A stretch of DNA of 64,000 bases from Escherichia phage BF17, in the sequence record MW822008.1. One strand, written 5' to 3'. Below, piece by piece: positions 19,133 through 27,539 of the stretch; positions within the stretch are counted from its first letter, which is position 1; each line of letters begins with the position of its first letter. The position numbers were made by a program, and so were the translations under genes. The notes below the pieces were generated by a model. The model made no database searches and was not told the DNA's origin. It saw nothing but the letters and a program-made list of their open reading frames with translations.

Positions 19133-19628
19133 TACTAATATCTGGTTAGATAACATAATCAAGACATTAGAATTAATTAAACTTACATTACAAAAAACTA
19201 CTGATATTGAAATTAATATTAAACAAGAAATATTAAACTATTATCATAGAAACAAATATAGCACGTTTATCTCTAAATTAATTTATGGATTATATGATAT
19301 TGAAGATATTTGCATCGGTTACAGTACTGGTATTTGCTTCACAGTTAATGGTTTAAAAAATGATTTAAATTTCAGACTTTCCGATGAAGAGCAAGATTTT
19401 CGTAGATTTTGTGATAATATTATGGATACAGATAAAATTACATTTGTTATTGAATTAAATCAAACGTGGTCTACATATGCAGATAAACCATTTGAAATTA
19501 ATGAAACAGATGTGTTAAACTATATTCGAGTTATGAAAATTCATGATTTGTGTAAAAACGCATTGTTAAGTATTGGAGCTTATAATGAAACATACGACTT
19601 GGTTGAAGATAGCAGAAGTAGTTGCTGA
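19104..19628 (+). CDS. hypothetical protein (very AT-rich)
   Basis: 174-aa ORF overlapping upstream gene by 29 nt. Confidence 0.45.
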   Translation: MKYTHLSIDDTNIWLDNIIKTLELIKLTLQKTTDIEINIKQEILNYYHRNKYSTFISKLIYGLYDIEDICIGYSTGICFTVNGLKNDLNFRLSDEEQDFRRFCDNIMDTDKITFVIELNQTWSTYADKPFEINETDVLNYIRVMKIHDLCKNALLSIGAYNETYDLVEDSRSSC

Positions 19629-20064
19629 GGAAAGTAAATGTATTTCACAAAAAGTTGGTTGTGTTATTGTTAAAAATAACCGAGTATTGAGTACTGGATA
19701 CAATGGTACTCCATCAAAACAACCAAATTGTTGTGATGTGAATCAACACTTAGTCAATGATGGACGTTTTCAAGACTGGGTTAGTGATGAAGCAAAGCAT
19801 GAACATCATGAGTGGAGTAATATTCATGAAATCCATGCTGAAATGAACGCTTTACTCTATAGTTCTCCTACTGAACGTCAAGGTGCTACTCTTTACACAA
19901 CACTACAACCATGTTATACTTGTTCTAAGTTGATCGCAGGTAGTGGAATTTCACGTGTAATTTATCTCAAAAATTATCCTCGTACACCACCAGAAGCTAT
20001 TAAAGTACTGGAAGATGCTGGAATTATTGTTAATTGCATTTATGATAAGGGTCTTGATAAATGA
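19585..20064 (+). CDS. cd: dCMP deaminase
   Basis: HAEMNAL and PCYTCSK zinc-binding motifs of the cytidine/dCMP deaminase family; size fits T4 Cd. Confidence 0.85.
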   Translation: MKHTTWLKIAEVVAEESKCISQKVGCVIVKNNRVLSTGYNGTPSKQPNCCDVNQHLVNDGRFQDWVSDEAKHEHHEWSNIHEIHAEMNALLYSSPTERQGATLYTTLQPCYTCSKLIAGSGISRVIYLKNYPRTPPEAIKVLEDAGIIVNCIYDKGLDK

Positions 20065-20318
20065 CAGTAATAATTATTATTGCTTTTCTAATAACAGTGT
20101 TTTTCATTTTTATGTTATATATAGTTGCTATGGATGAACCTAATACTTCTTTTCGAAATTATGAAGTTCGTTTTTCTGCACAAAATAATAAGTACTATAT
20201 TGTAAACTGTATACACCGTAGTGAGAAAAGGGTAACAAGTAGATTTGGATTTACCATTTATTATAAAGACCGAGTAGAAGCTGATATGATTTGTCAGAAG
20301 CTTAATACTGTAGAATAA
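20061..20318 (+). CDS. small membrane protein
   Basis: 85 aa, N-terminal hydrophobic helix. Confidence 0.5.
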   Translation: MTVIIIIAFLITVFFIFMLYIVAMDEPNTSFRNYEVRFSAQNNKYYIVNCIHRSEKRVTSRFGFTIYYKDRVEADMICQKLNTVE

Positions 20319-20348
20319 AAAAAAGGAGCCGTATGGCTCCTTTTTTTG
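20317..20348. terminator. bidirectional rho-independent terminator
   Basis: A8-GGAGCC-GTAT-GGCTCC-T7 between convergent genes. Confidence 0.7.
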
Positions 20349-20726
20349 TTAACCAGGGAGGTTACAATAATACAAATCCCAAGGGTGATATTTCATCGCA
20401 CCAGTACTCAATTTAATTTTATGAAACTGGAATGATTCGGCAAATGCACTATCGTCAATCTTAATACAAAAAGTGTTTTTGGCTAGAGTTGGTGCAATTT
20501 CCAATGCTGTTTTAGATGCATCTAATCTAATTTTATCTTTATCATAACTAGTGATAGTTACAAAACGATAAACATTAAAATCAGTATCAATGAGATCGTA
20601 AACACAACTAGAACGTTGATTAAAGATGTTCAAGTTATATTTCAATTCACCGTTTATATTAGCTGCGGTTACACAAAACCCGCCGATATTGAATGGTAGT
20701 TTACCTTGTGCTGCGATAGCTTTCAT
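20349..20726 (-). CDS. hypothetical protein (only convincing minus-strand gene)
   Basis: 125-aa ORF on - strand with AAGGAAA SD-like sequence upstream of ATG; convergent with cd operon. Confidence 0.55.
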   Translation of the reverse strand: MKAIAAQGKLPFNIGGFCVTAANINGELKYNLNIFNQRSSCVYDLIDTDFNVYRFVTITSYDKDKIRLDASKTALEIAPTLAKNTFCIKIDDSAFAESFQFHKIKLSTGAMKYHPWDLYYCNLPG

Positions 20727-20795
20727 ATTTTATTTCCTTTTTAAATATAAGTATGAAATATATTTGTTTTTTACATCAGATGCACCATGAACTAG

Positions 20796-20824
20796 TTGAC
20801 AAAACATCAGTGGTATGATATGAT
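20796..20824 (+). promoter_or_regulatory. sigma70-type promoter
   Basis: TTGACA - 17 nt - TGaTATGAT. Confidence 0.5.
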
Positions 20825-20885
20825 CTGTTATAAACTGTACACCTTAAGTTTTATTTTTAAAAATTTGAGTTAAGTACAGAAAAAG

Positions 20886-20914
20886 TTTGACTTAAGTGTT
20901 TAAGTACTATATTA
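20886..20914 (+). promoter_or_regulatory. sigma70-type promoter
   Basis: TTGACT - 17 nt - TATTAT, 37 nt upstream of ATG 20951. Confidence 0.5.
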
Positions 20915-20950
20915 TTTATATCTTCCTAAACAAAATTGAGGACTTGTTAT

Positions 20951-21559
20951 ATGAAAAGACTATGGCTTGAAGTGATACAAGCAGCAATGTTTCTATTGTT
21001 AATAAATTTTCCAGCCAGTGCTGGTATTGAAAGTAAAAATGTGATAAAGTATAATCCTGAAACCCGAAATGTATATTTCATATCAGATATTACAGATGGG
21101 TCACTCAAGAGAATGATAGAGTTGTATGATAAAGAACACTATGATACCATCACAATTACATCTCCTGGTGGTGATTTTGATGCAGGTATTCGAATGGCAA
21201 ACTTTGTTAGAGACAATGGGATAAATTTAATTGTTTCTAGGTATTGCAATTCAGCATGTACTGTGGTATTCTTTAGTGTATCTCCCGAAAAGCGATATAT
21301 GACAAATCGCTCAGTACTGGGTCTTCATAACATTTCGATTAAAAGTAATGTTACTGATGGTGATAATTCATTTGTGTCTGTAAGACAGTTATCAACTTTT
21401 ACCGAAGAAATGGCAACAAAGGTAGGTTTCCTTTTTTCACTATATGCAGCAAATGGAATCCCACCAGAAGTTCTATTTAGAGTTAGTCGTTCTCGTGGTG
21501 AAGATGTTGTAATATTAACAAAACCAGAACTGGTTTTTTACGGTTCAGTCAAACAATAA
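20951..21559 (+). CDS. secreted ClpP/S49-fold peptidase-like protein
   Basis: N-terminal signal peptide (hydrophobic core then ASA); ITSPGGDFDAG, CNSAC, KRYMTNRSVLGLHN align with ClpP Ser/His region. Confidence 0.5.
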   Translation: MKRLWLEVIQAAMFLLLINFPASAGIESKNVIKYNPETRNVYFISDITDGSLKRMIELYDKEHYDTITITSPGGDFDAGIRMANFVRDNGINLIVSRYCNSACTVVFFSVSPEKRYMTNRSVLGLHNISIKSNVTDGDNSFVSVRQLSTFTEEMATKVGFLFSLYAANGIPPEVLFRVSRSRGEDVVILTKPELVFYGSVKQ

Positions 21560-21629
21560 AAATAATTAAAATAACAGGATGATTATGATGTACTTCCTTT
21601 GTTATTAATTATATTGAGATTATATAACT

Positions 21630-21890
21630 ATGACAAACATCCAAAACTTGACATCTATTATTTTTTATGCTACTGTAGTAATGTATGCTACAGTTATTTT
21701 TCTAACAGTTTTCATTTACAAAGATTATCGTAATGGCTTTATTGATTCAACTACAATGAAGTTCAATTCAAAATTCGAAGCAATAATTTATTATGTACTA
21801 TCAACTTCATACTTGGTGTGCCTAATGTTGTTAGGAGCACTAATTTATATCTTATACACAACATTATTTGCAATTGGAGCTATTTTATGA
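21630..21890 (+). CDS. membrane protein (3 predicted TM)
   Basis: 86-aa hydrophobic ORF. Confidence 0.5.
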   Translation: MTNIQNLTSIIFYATVVMYATVIFLTVFIYKDYRNGFIDSTTMKFNSKFEAIIYYVLSTSYLVCLMLLGALIYILYTTLFAIGAIL

Positions 21891-22480
21891 CCTGTATTAT
21901 TGCACACACTAACGGAGTAAGTTCTTTTATTGCTGGGGATAAGTTAGGAAGCAATGGATTTACAAAAACTGTTCAAACTGAACCAAAGGTATTCGAGAAA
22001 GAATTTATCAAGTTACATGATGATGGACTAACTAGAACTAAAGAAGTAATGGCATTGGGTTATACTACATCATTTCGTATGGGTCAGTTGTTAAATTATA
22101 ACCTTAATTTACCTGAACAAGATGCTAGTCAAACATTTTCACAATATTTGGTTCTTAAAGTTATTCCAATTATTCGTCAAATGTTTAAAGAAGAATGGGG
22201 TGCACGAGATGCATCACAAGATGTAGGTGGTGGACAATTTATCATTCTCCACAATCATACAATCTATGAAGTTCAAGAAGACTTTTCAGTACTACAACCT
22301 AAAACAAGAATTACCGCAGTAGGTAGTGGGACATATCATGCAATTGCAGCAATGCAAGCATATATTGAAGTTGAGAACGAATCTAAAAAACCACTACACG
22401 AACGTATCAAATCAATTTTTAAAATTGTTAGTGATAATGTAACAAGCGTAAGCGAAGAGTTTGATGTTTTAAAATATTAA
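21887..22480 (+). CDS. HslV-like Ntn-hydrolase (proteasome beta-type peptidase)
   Basis: ORF 21818..22480 trimmed to ATG overlapping upstream stop; begins M-T-CIIAHTNG..IAGD and has AVGSGTYHAIAAMQA, matching HslV TTIVSVRRNG..IAGD and AIGSGGPYAQAAARA. Confidence 0.6.
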   Translation: MTCIIAHTNGVSSFIAGDKLGSNGFTKTVQTEPKVFEKEFIKLHDDGLTRTKEVMALGYTTSFRMGQLLNYNLNLPEQDASQTFSQYLVLKVIPIIRQMFKEEWGARDASQDVGGGQFIILHNHTIYEVQEDFSVLQPKTRITAVGSGTYHAIAAMQAYIEVENESKKPLHERIKSIFKIVSDNVTSVSEEFDVLKY

Positions 22481-22507
22481 AAGTACTAATATTATAAGAG
22501 AGAATAG

Positions 22508-22702
22508 ATGATGGCATACACAATTTATGAATGGGTTTTGAGTTTTTTTATAGTTTTTTCTATTGTTGTAATTTATAACAATACTAAATGCTTATATAGG
22601 GACTTGAAATCCAATGGTTATCACAAAGATAATAATTTTATGTATGCCTATCATATTGGAATCATTCTGTTATTATCAATATATTTAATTGGTTTTTTAT
22701 AA
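22508..22702 (+). CDS. small membrane protein
   Basis: 64 aa, two hydrophobic helices. Confidence 0.45.
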   Translation: MMAYTIYEWVLSFFIVFSIVVIYNNTKCLYRDLKSNGYHKDNNFMYAYHIGIILLLSIYLIGFL

Positions 22703-22705
22703 GGA

Positions 22706-23464
22706 TTGAATATGATATCAGAAAAATTTATAAGCAATGAAGGTAAAAAGCGATTACTGATTATATCAGGTGCAGGACTTTCTGTTGAAAGTGGTATGGA
22801 ACCTTTTCGATTTGATGATGGTTTGTGGGATACATTTAAAATTAATGATGTATGTAACATTGCTAGTTTAACTACAAAATATCATGTTGTTCATTCTTTC
22901 TATAATACATTACGTGTAAAATTGGGACAATGCGAACCGAATGCAATGCATTATTTTATAAAATCGTTAGAAGATCAATATGGTGATTGCTTCCTTCATA
23001 TGACTTCTAACATGGACGATCTTTATACTCGTATTGGTGGTCATGAGCTTAAACTTCATGGAAACTTGTGCGAAGTTATTGAAAATTATAGTATCAATTC
23101 CGATGATTATAATGTTATTAACTGCGGATACGAACCATACATACCAAAACATGATGTTTTTGCTAAACCAAATGTAGTAATGATTGGAGAATATCATCGT
23201 TATGTTGATGGTATTCGCTTACCAATTTACGAAGAACGAAATAATGTGTTGAAATCTCTTAATGAAAATGATACAGTTATTGTAATTGGTAGTAGCGATA
23301 CAGTACTGGTATGGTCGAGATTAGCAGCAGCATTACCATGTTATAGTGTTAATGTTAACATTCGTAAAAATGATAATGATTTTTTGTTTAATGAAAAAGT
23401 TATCAAGCCAGCAACCAAAGCAATACCGCATCTAGAGACTATAATTAAGGAACGTATGAAATGA
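22706..23464 (+). CDS. Sir2-family (sirtuin-like) protein
   Basis: GAGLSVESGMEPFR NAD-binding motif near N-terminus, HG motif (LKLHGNL), C-terminal VIVIGSS Rossmann strand. Confidence 0.6.
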   Translation: MNMISEKFISNEGKKRLLIISGAGLSVESGMEPFRFDDGLWDTFKINDVCNIASLTTKYHVVHSFYNTLRVKLGQCEPNAMHYFIKSLEDQYGDCFLHMTSNMDDLYTRIGGHELKLHGNLCEVIENYSINSDDYNVINCGYEPYIPKHDVFAKPNVVMIGEYHRYVDGIRLPIYEERNNVLKSLNENDTVIVIGSSDTVLVWSRLAAALPCYSVNVNIRKNDNDFLFNEKVIKPATKAIPHLETIIKERMK

Positions 23465-24012
23465 GTGTTAAAGAAGTTCCCTTTGGTGAATATGGCACAC
23501 GTGCAAATTTTGTATTTTGTTATTTCTTTGCAAGAAAATGCAACCCTTACAAAAACTATGAGTTGAATGATATACCAGAAGTAAATTTAGTATTACTGCA
23601 ATTACGATGGGATGGTCTTCTTGGTGGATGTGGTGGAACCGTAGAAAGTACTGATATCTCACTAGAAGATGCGTTGCGTCGTGAAGTTCAAGAAGAAATG
23701 GATTACAATATTTTTGTTTCCCATCTTCGACCACTCAAAACTTTTGAAATTTACCCAGGTGCAAACAGTCACAGTTTTAGCTATGAAGTAACCTATGACG
23801 AGTTGAAACACATTAGAGATGGATACACTAATGCTAAACATGCAAGTGCAGAAGTTGCTGGTGTAAATTTATGTCATATTTCTCGTTATTCTAAGGGACA
23901 AAATCGAGAAGCGGGATATAATAATCTTATGACACAGAACTTCATCGGTACAGCAAAACAAGAATTGGAGTATCTGGTTCAAAAAGAAAACTTACTAATT
24001 AGTTATCTATAG
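23461..24012 (+). CDS. Nudix hydrolase
   Basis: Nudix box GGTVESTDISLEDALRREVQEEMDY (G-x5-E-x7-REVxEE). Confidence 0.7.
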   Translation: MSVKEVPFGEYGTRANFVFCYFFARKCNPYKNYELNDIPEVNLVLLQLRWDGLLGGCGGTVESTDISLEDALRREVQEEMDYNIFVSHLRPLKTFEIYPGANSHSFSYEVTYDELKHIRDGYTNAKHASAEVAGVNLCHISRYSKGQNREAGYNNLMTQNFIGTAKQELEYLVQKENLLISYL

Positions 24013-24021
24013 GAGTTTAAC

Positions 24022-24342
24022 ATGTCTTACTCAATGTTTTTGGATGATATTCGTGATGCAAATCTATATTATCCAAACCAAGATATGGTGGTATGTCGTG
24101 ACTTTAAAAGTGCATGTGAATATGTTATTGAAAATGGAATTCCAGCATTTGTATCATTCGACCATGACTTGGGTGATGTGAGCGAAGACGAAAAGACTGG
24201 ATATTCTTTTGCTAAGTTTCTTATTGATTATATGTTTGATAATAATATTAAAGAACCGTTTGAGTACTTTGTTCACAGTAGTAATCCTGTTGGTAAAATT
24301 AATATTGAAACATACTTAAACAATGGATTTAACGCATTATGA
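24022..24342 (+). CDS. hypothetical protein
   Basis: 106-aa ORF with conserved-looking acidic motifs (FDHDLG, HSSNPVG); no family assigned. Confidence 0.5.
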   Translation: MSYSMFLDDIRDANLYYPNQDMVVCRDFKSACEYVIENGIPAFVSFDHDLGDVSEDEKTGYSFAKFLIDYMFDNNIKEPFEYFVHSSNPVGKINIETYLNNGFNAL

Positions 24343-24641
24343 TTCAAACACACATCAAAAGTCTTATTTGTACTGTTCTGTTAGGTGCAGGAGTTCTTTG
24401 GTTCGGACAGTATCACGAGAACACTAAGCGTACCAACATTCACTACAATACCGCAGAAGTTGTTAGTTTAGGACAATGTAGCGAGTCCAAATGTTCATTT
24501 ATGTATAAAACCCAAAGTGGTGAAGTACGTAATGGACTATCAAGAGAACCAGTTTCAATTGGTCAACTTGTTTACCAGGAGTGCTGGGAAGAAAAGGTTC
24601 GAGGTTCACGTTGCTATGTTGAATACGAACCAAATATGTAA
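24339..24641 (+). CDS. hypothetical protein with N-terminal hydrophobic segment
   Basis: 100-aa ORF, ATGA overlap. Confidence 0.5.
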   Translation: MIQTHIKSLICTVLLGAGVLWFGQYHENTKRTNIHYNTAEVVSLGQCSESKCSFMYKTQSGEVRNGLSREPVSIGQLVYQECWEEKVRGSRCYVEYEPNM

Positions 24642-24701
24642 TAATCCGAGTCAATAACATTAGTCGAGTACAAGGATGTACTCATAACTCAAGGATGTTT
24701 T

Positions 24702-26141
24702 ATGAAAAAATATACAATTGACACAAACGTACTACTATCTGACCCGAATGCATCTATTGCTTTTGATGGTGCTGCAATCATTCTACCATTTACAGTACTG
24801 GAAGAATTGGATTCAATTAAGAGTCGTAATGTAGATGTTTCACGCGATGCTCGTGTTGCTATTCGTAACATTGAAGCAATTATTGCAGATGCATCACATG
24901 ATGAGATTAGTAGTACTGGTGTTAATATTGCTGATGTTCATACCAATATGAATCCTGATAGCAAATTGTTTGTTATTACAAACGAAGAAGCTGAAGCACT
25001 AATTCGTACTAAAGGTTCAGAAGAGAAAGTTCAAACCCTTCTCAAAAGCACAGTACCTGATGATAAAATCATTCTGGTAGCTTTAGCAACAGAATCAGTA
25101 CTGGTAACTCGTGATATCAACATGCGTATCAAAGCACTAAGTTATGGTGTCGAGGTACAAGATTATCGCCATGATATTGTTATTGGTGATAGTGATTTGA
25201 TTCACATTGGTCAACACCATTTGGAAATTAATTTTTGGGAAGTATATAGCAACTTATCCAATACTAATATTCAATCCGAACAAGTTGGTCGTCGTTTGTA
25301 TCATTACATTTCTAAAAGCTTGATTGAACATTTGCTTCCACAAAATCTATGCATCGGTGATTATCTATATGATGATGCAGACGTATTATTTGTGTACGAA
25401 GGTCAATCAGCAATTGAGGAAGATGATGGAACACTAACACCAGAAGATATTTTGGTATTCCAAGATATTGGACAATCAGTAGCTTTACGTGCTAAAGTAT
25501 GGGATATTAAAGCAAAGAATATCCAACAAGCACTCGCCATCAACAGTATTCTCGATCCTGATGTACATCTAACAGTACTGCTAGGTTCTGCTGGTACTGG
25601 TAAAACACTAATTACGATTGCTACTGCATTAGAATTAGTACTGGAAAAACGTAAATACGACCGAATCATCTTCTCTAAAACTCAAGACTCACAGTTTGAA
25701 GATATTGGTTTCTTGCCAGGTTCAGAAGCAGAAAAAGTGATTCCATTCTGTGGAGCCGCAATTGACGCGTTAGAGTTTCTTCATAAAGATGATGCTAACC
25801 CACAAGGTAGTATTGAAGAGATTATGAAACGTAATGTTATTCAATTTAAAGCACTAAACTTTGTACGTGGACGTTCATTCACCAACACTATTCTAGTAGT
25901 TGATGAATTCCAAAACATTACACCTGCACAAGCCAAAACAATCTTGACACGAGCAGGATTAAACTGTAAAGTAGTAATTATGGGTAACTTGAGTCAGATT
26001 GACAGTAAGTTTATTAGTCCTGTTAACAGTGGTTTGACATATGTAACTGAGAAGTTTAAAGATTGGGCAGGTTGTCGTGTCATCGAACTTGAAGGTGTTG
26101 TTCGCTCACCACTAGCTGAATTTGCTGAAGAAAATATGTAA
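24702..26141 (+). CDS. phoH: PIN-domain PhoH-like ATPase
   Basis: 479 aa; N-terminal PIN-like region (IDTNVLL), Walker A GSAGTGKT, Walker B VVDEFQN typical of PhoH/YlaK. Confidence 0.85.
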   Translation: MKKYTIDTNVLLSDPNASIAFDGAAIILPFTVLEELDSIKSRNVDVSRDARVAIRNIEAIIADASHDEISSTGVNIADVHTNMNPDSKLFVITNEEAEALIRTKGSEEKVQTLLKSTVPDDKIILVALATESVLVTRDINMRIKALSYGVEVQDYRHDIVIGDSDLIHIGQHHLEINFWEVYSNLSNTNIQSEQVGRRLYHYISKSLIEHLLPQNLCIGDYLYDDADVLFVYEGQSAIEEDDGTLTPEDILVFQDIGQSVALRAKVWDIKAKNIQQALAINSILDPDVHLTVLLGSAGTGKTLITIATALELVLEKRKYDRIIFSKTQDSQFEDIGFLPGSEAEKVIPFCGAAIDALEFLHKDDANPQGSIEEIMKRNVIQFKALNFVRGRSFTNTILVVDEFQNITPAQAKTILTRAGLNCKVVIMGNLSQIDSKFISPVNSGLTYVTEKFKDWAGCRVIELEGVVRSPLAEFAEENM

Positions 26142-26148
26142 TATTGTA

Positions 26149-26178
26149 TGGGACATTATGTCCCATACATGATATAAT
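26149..26178 (+). promoter_or_regulatory. early promoter with palindromic TGGGACA upstream element
   Basis: GGGACA - 17 nt - TGaTATAAT; 19-bp palindrome ATGGGACATTATGTCCCAT. Confidence 0.55.
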
Positions 26179-26209
26179 GTTGTTATCATACTACAGAAGG
26201 AGATATAAA

Positions 26210-26398
26210 ATGGCTAAACAACCTAAGAAAAAAGAACCAGTAGCAAAAGTTAAGAAAGAGAAAGTTATTCAATCTAAAGAACAACGTATGTACGAACAAC
26301 GTAAGAGTGAAACCCTATCCGGTCTACAAGCTCTACGCAAACAAGGTGTACTAACTCGTGCACAGTACCGTGAACTAGTAGCTCAGAAAGGTTTTTGA
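26210..26398 (+). CDS. small basic protein
   Basis: ORF 26144..26398 trimmed to ATG after GGAG; 62 aa, K-rich. Confidence 0.45.
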   Translation: MAKQPKKKEPVAKVKKEKVIQSKEQRMYEQRKSETLSGLQALRKQGVLTRAQYRELVAQKGF

Positions 26399-26502
26399 TT
26401 CATTTGAAGACATATTGTGGAGTTCTTAATAAATACTTTTATAAGAATAATAATACTTTTTATTAAATTAAAAAGAACTCCATGTGTTATTTCAGTTTTT
26501 CG

Positions 26503-26530
26503 TCCCTGTCTTTTGGCAGGGATTTTTTAT
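26503..26530 (+). terminator. rho-independent terminator
   Basis: CCCTGTC/GGCAGGG stem then ATTTTTT. Confidence 0.55.
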
Positions 26531-26624
26531 ATCTATATCTTGACAAAAGGAACAAATCATGAGAACATGTATTAAAGGAAGAATGACTTTCCATTAGGTT
26601 ATTTTAACTTAAAGGAGATTTCAT

Positions 26625-27182
26625 ATGTTTTTTGACCAAACATTTACGTTGTATCACGATTCTGGTAAAGTTGAGATTATTGATAATCTGTTAGAGTACA
26701 TTGCGGAACATGACGGTATAGACCGTTTCCACAGTAAGATGAAATTCGATTTAGCTGAATTCAACAAAAAGAATCGTGAAACATTTTGGAAGAACCGTTT
26801 CTATTACGAAATGTATCCAGAAAAGTTCGTAGGTTATTATCTTTGTACTGAAAAAGGATTACTTGTATCTCCTGATTTACTTATGGGTGAATACATGATA
26901 CTCTATAATGAGTACTGGGAACATAAACGTAAAGCTCGTGATAAGGAATGGCGACATAAGCGTTCGTATATGTACAAACATAACCACTCCCGATACAAGC
27001 GTCCTAAGACTCAGCAAGAGCGTCGTATGGCTTGTGCAGTACTGAAGGATGAGGGGGAACCTGAAATACGTGGAAGACGTAAGATGCGTTCATTACCATC
27101 GTATTGGGACGATATCAGAACAAGACACAGTACTGGCTGGAAATACAGTACTAAACGTAAACATCAATACAAAGGGAGCTAA
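26625..27182 (+). CDS. hypothetical protein, basic C-terminus
   Basis: 185-aa ORF; AAAGGAG upstream. Confidence 0.5.
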   Translation: MFFDQTFTLYHDSGKVEIIDNLLEYIAEHDGIDRFHSKMKFDLAEFNKKNRETFWKNRFYYEMYPEKFVGYYLCTEKGLLVSPDLLMGEYMILYNEYWEHKRKARDKEWRHKRSYMYKHNHSRYKRPKTQQERRMACAVLKDEGEPEIRGRRKMRSLPSYWDDIRTRHSTGWKYSTKRKHQYKGS

Positions 27183-27209
27183 TGCTCCCTAATTTTATAG
27201 GTGAACTTT

Positions 27210-27539
27210 ATGAACAAAATTGACGTTACTGTAGTGATTGGTTATATTGAAATTGAACCGTGTGGCATTGATACCTTTATTGACACTCTTAATAAGTATC
27301 GTGCTGAATATAACGGTCCCATTAGTCTTTCACCCGACGGTGGTTACGGCGGTTTTCATGGATACAATGTAATTTGGACCAGAGAAGAAACTGACGAAGA
27401 ATATAATACACGAATTGAAGCTGAATCTAAAAAATGTGAAGAAATTGAACGTCAAGAAATGAAACACTTAATGAACAAGAAATCATTAAGTACCGAAGAG
27501 AAATCTAAACTGCTAAAATATATCAAGGATTACATGTAA
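27210..27539 (+). CDS. hypothetical protein
   Basis: ORF 27201..27539 trimmed to ATG. Confidence 0.5.
   Translation: MNKIDVTVVIGYIEIEPCGIDTFIDTLNKYRAEYNGPISLSPDGGYGGFHGYNVIWTREETDEEYNTRIEAESKKCEEIERQEMKHLMNKKSLSTEEKSKLLKYIKDYM

Noticed and set aside
26540-26575. Promoter TTGACA upstream of gene 26625
   Set aside because: Good -35 hexamer but no acceptable -10 at 16-18 nt spacing (GAACAT); left unannotated.
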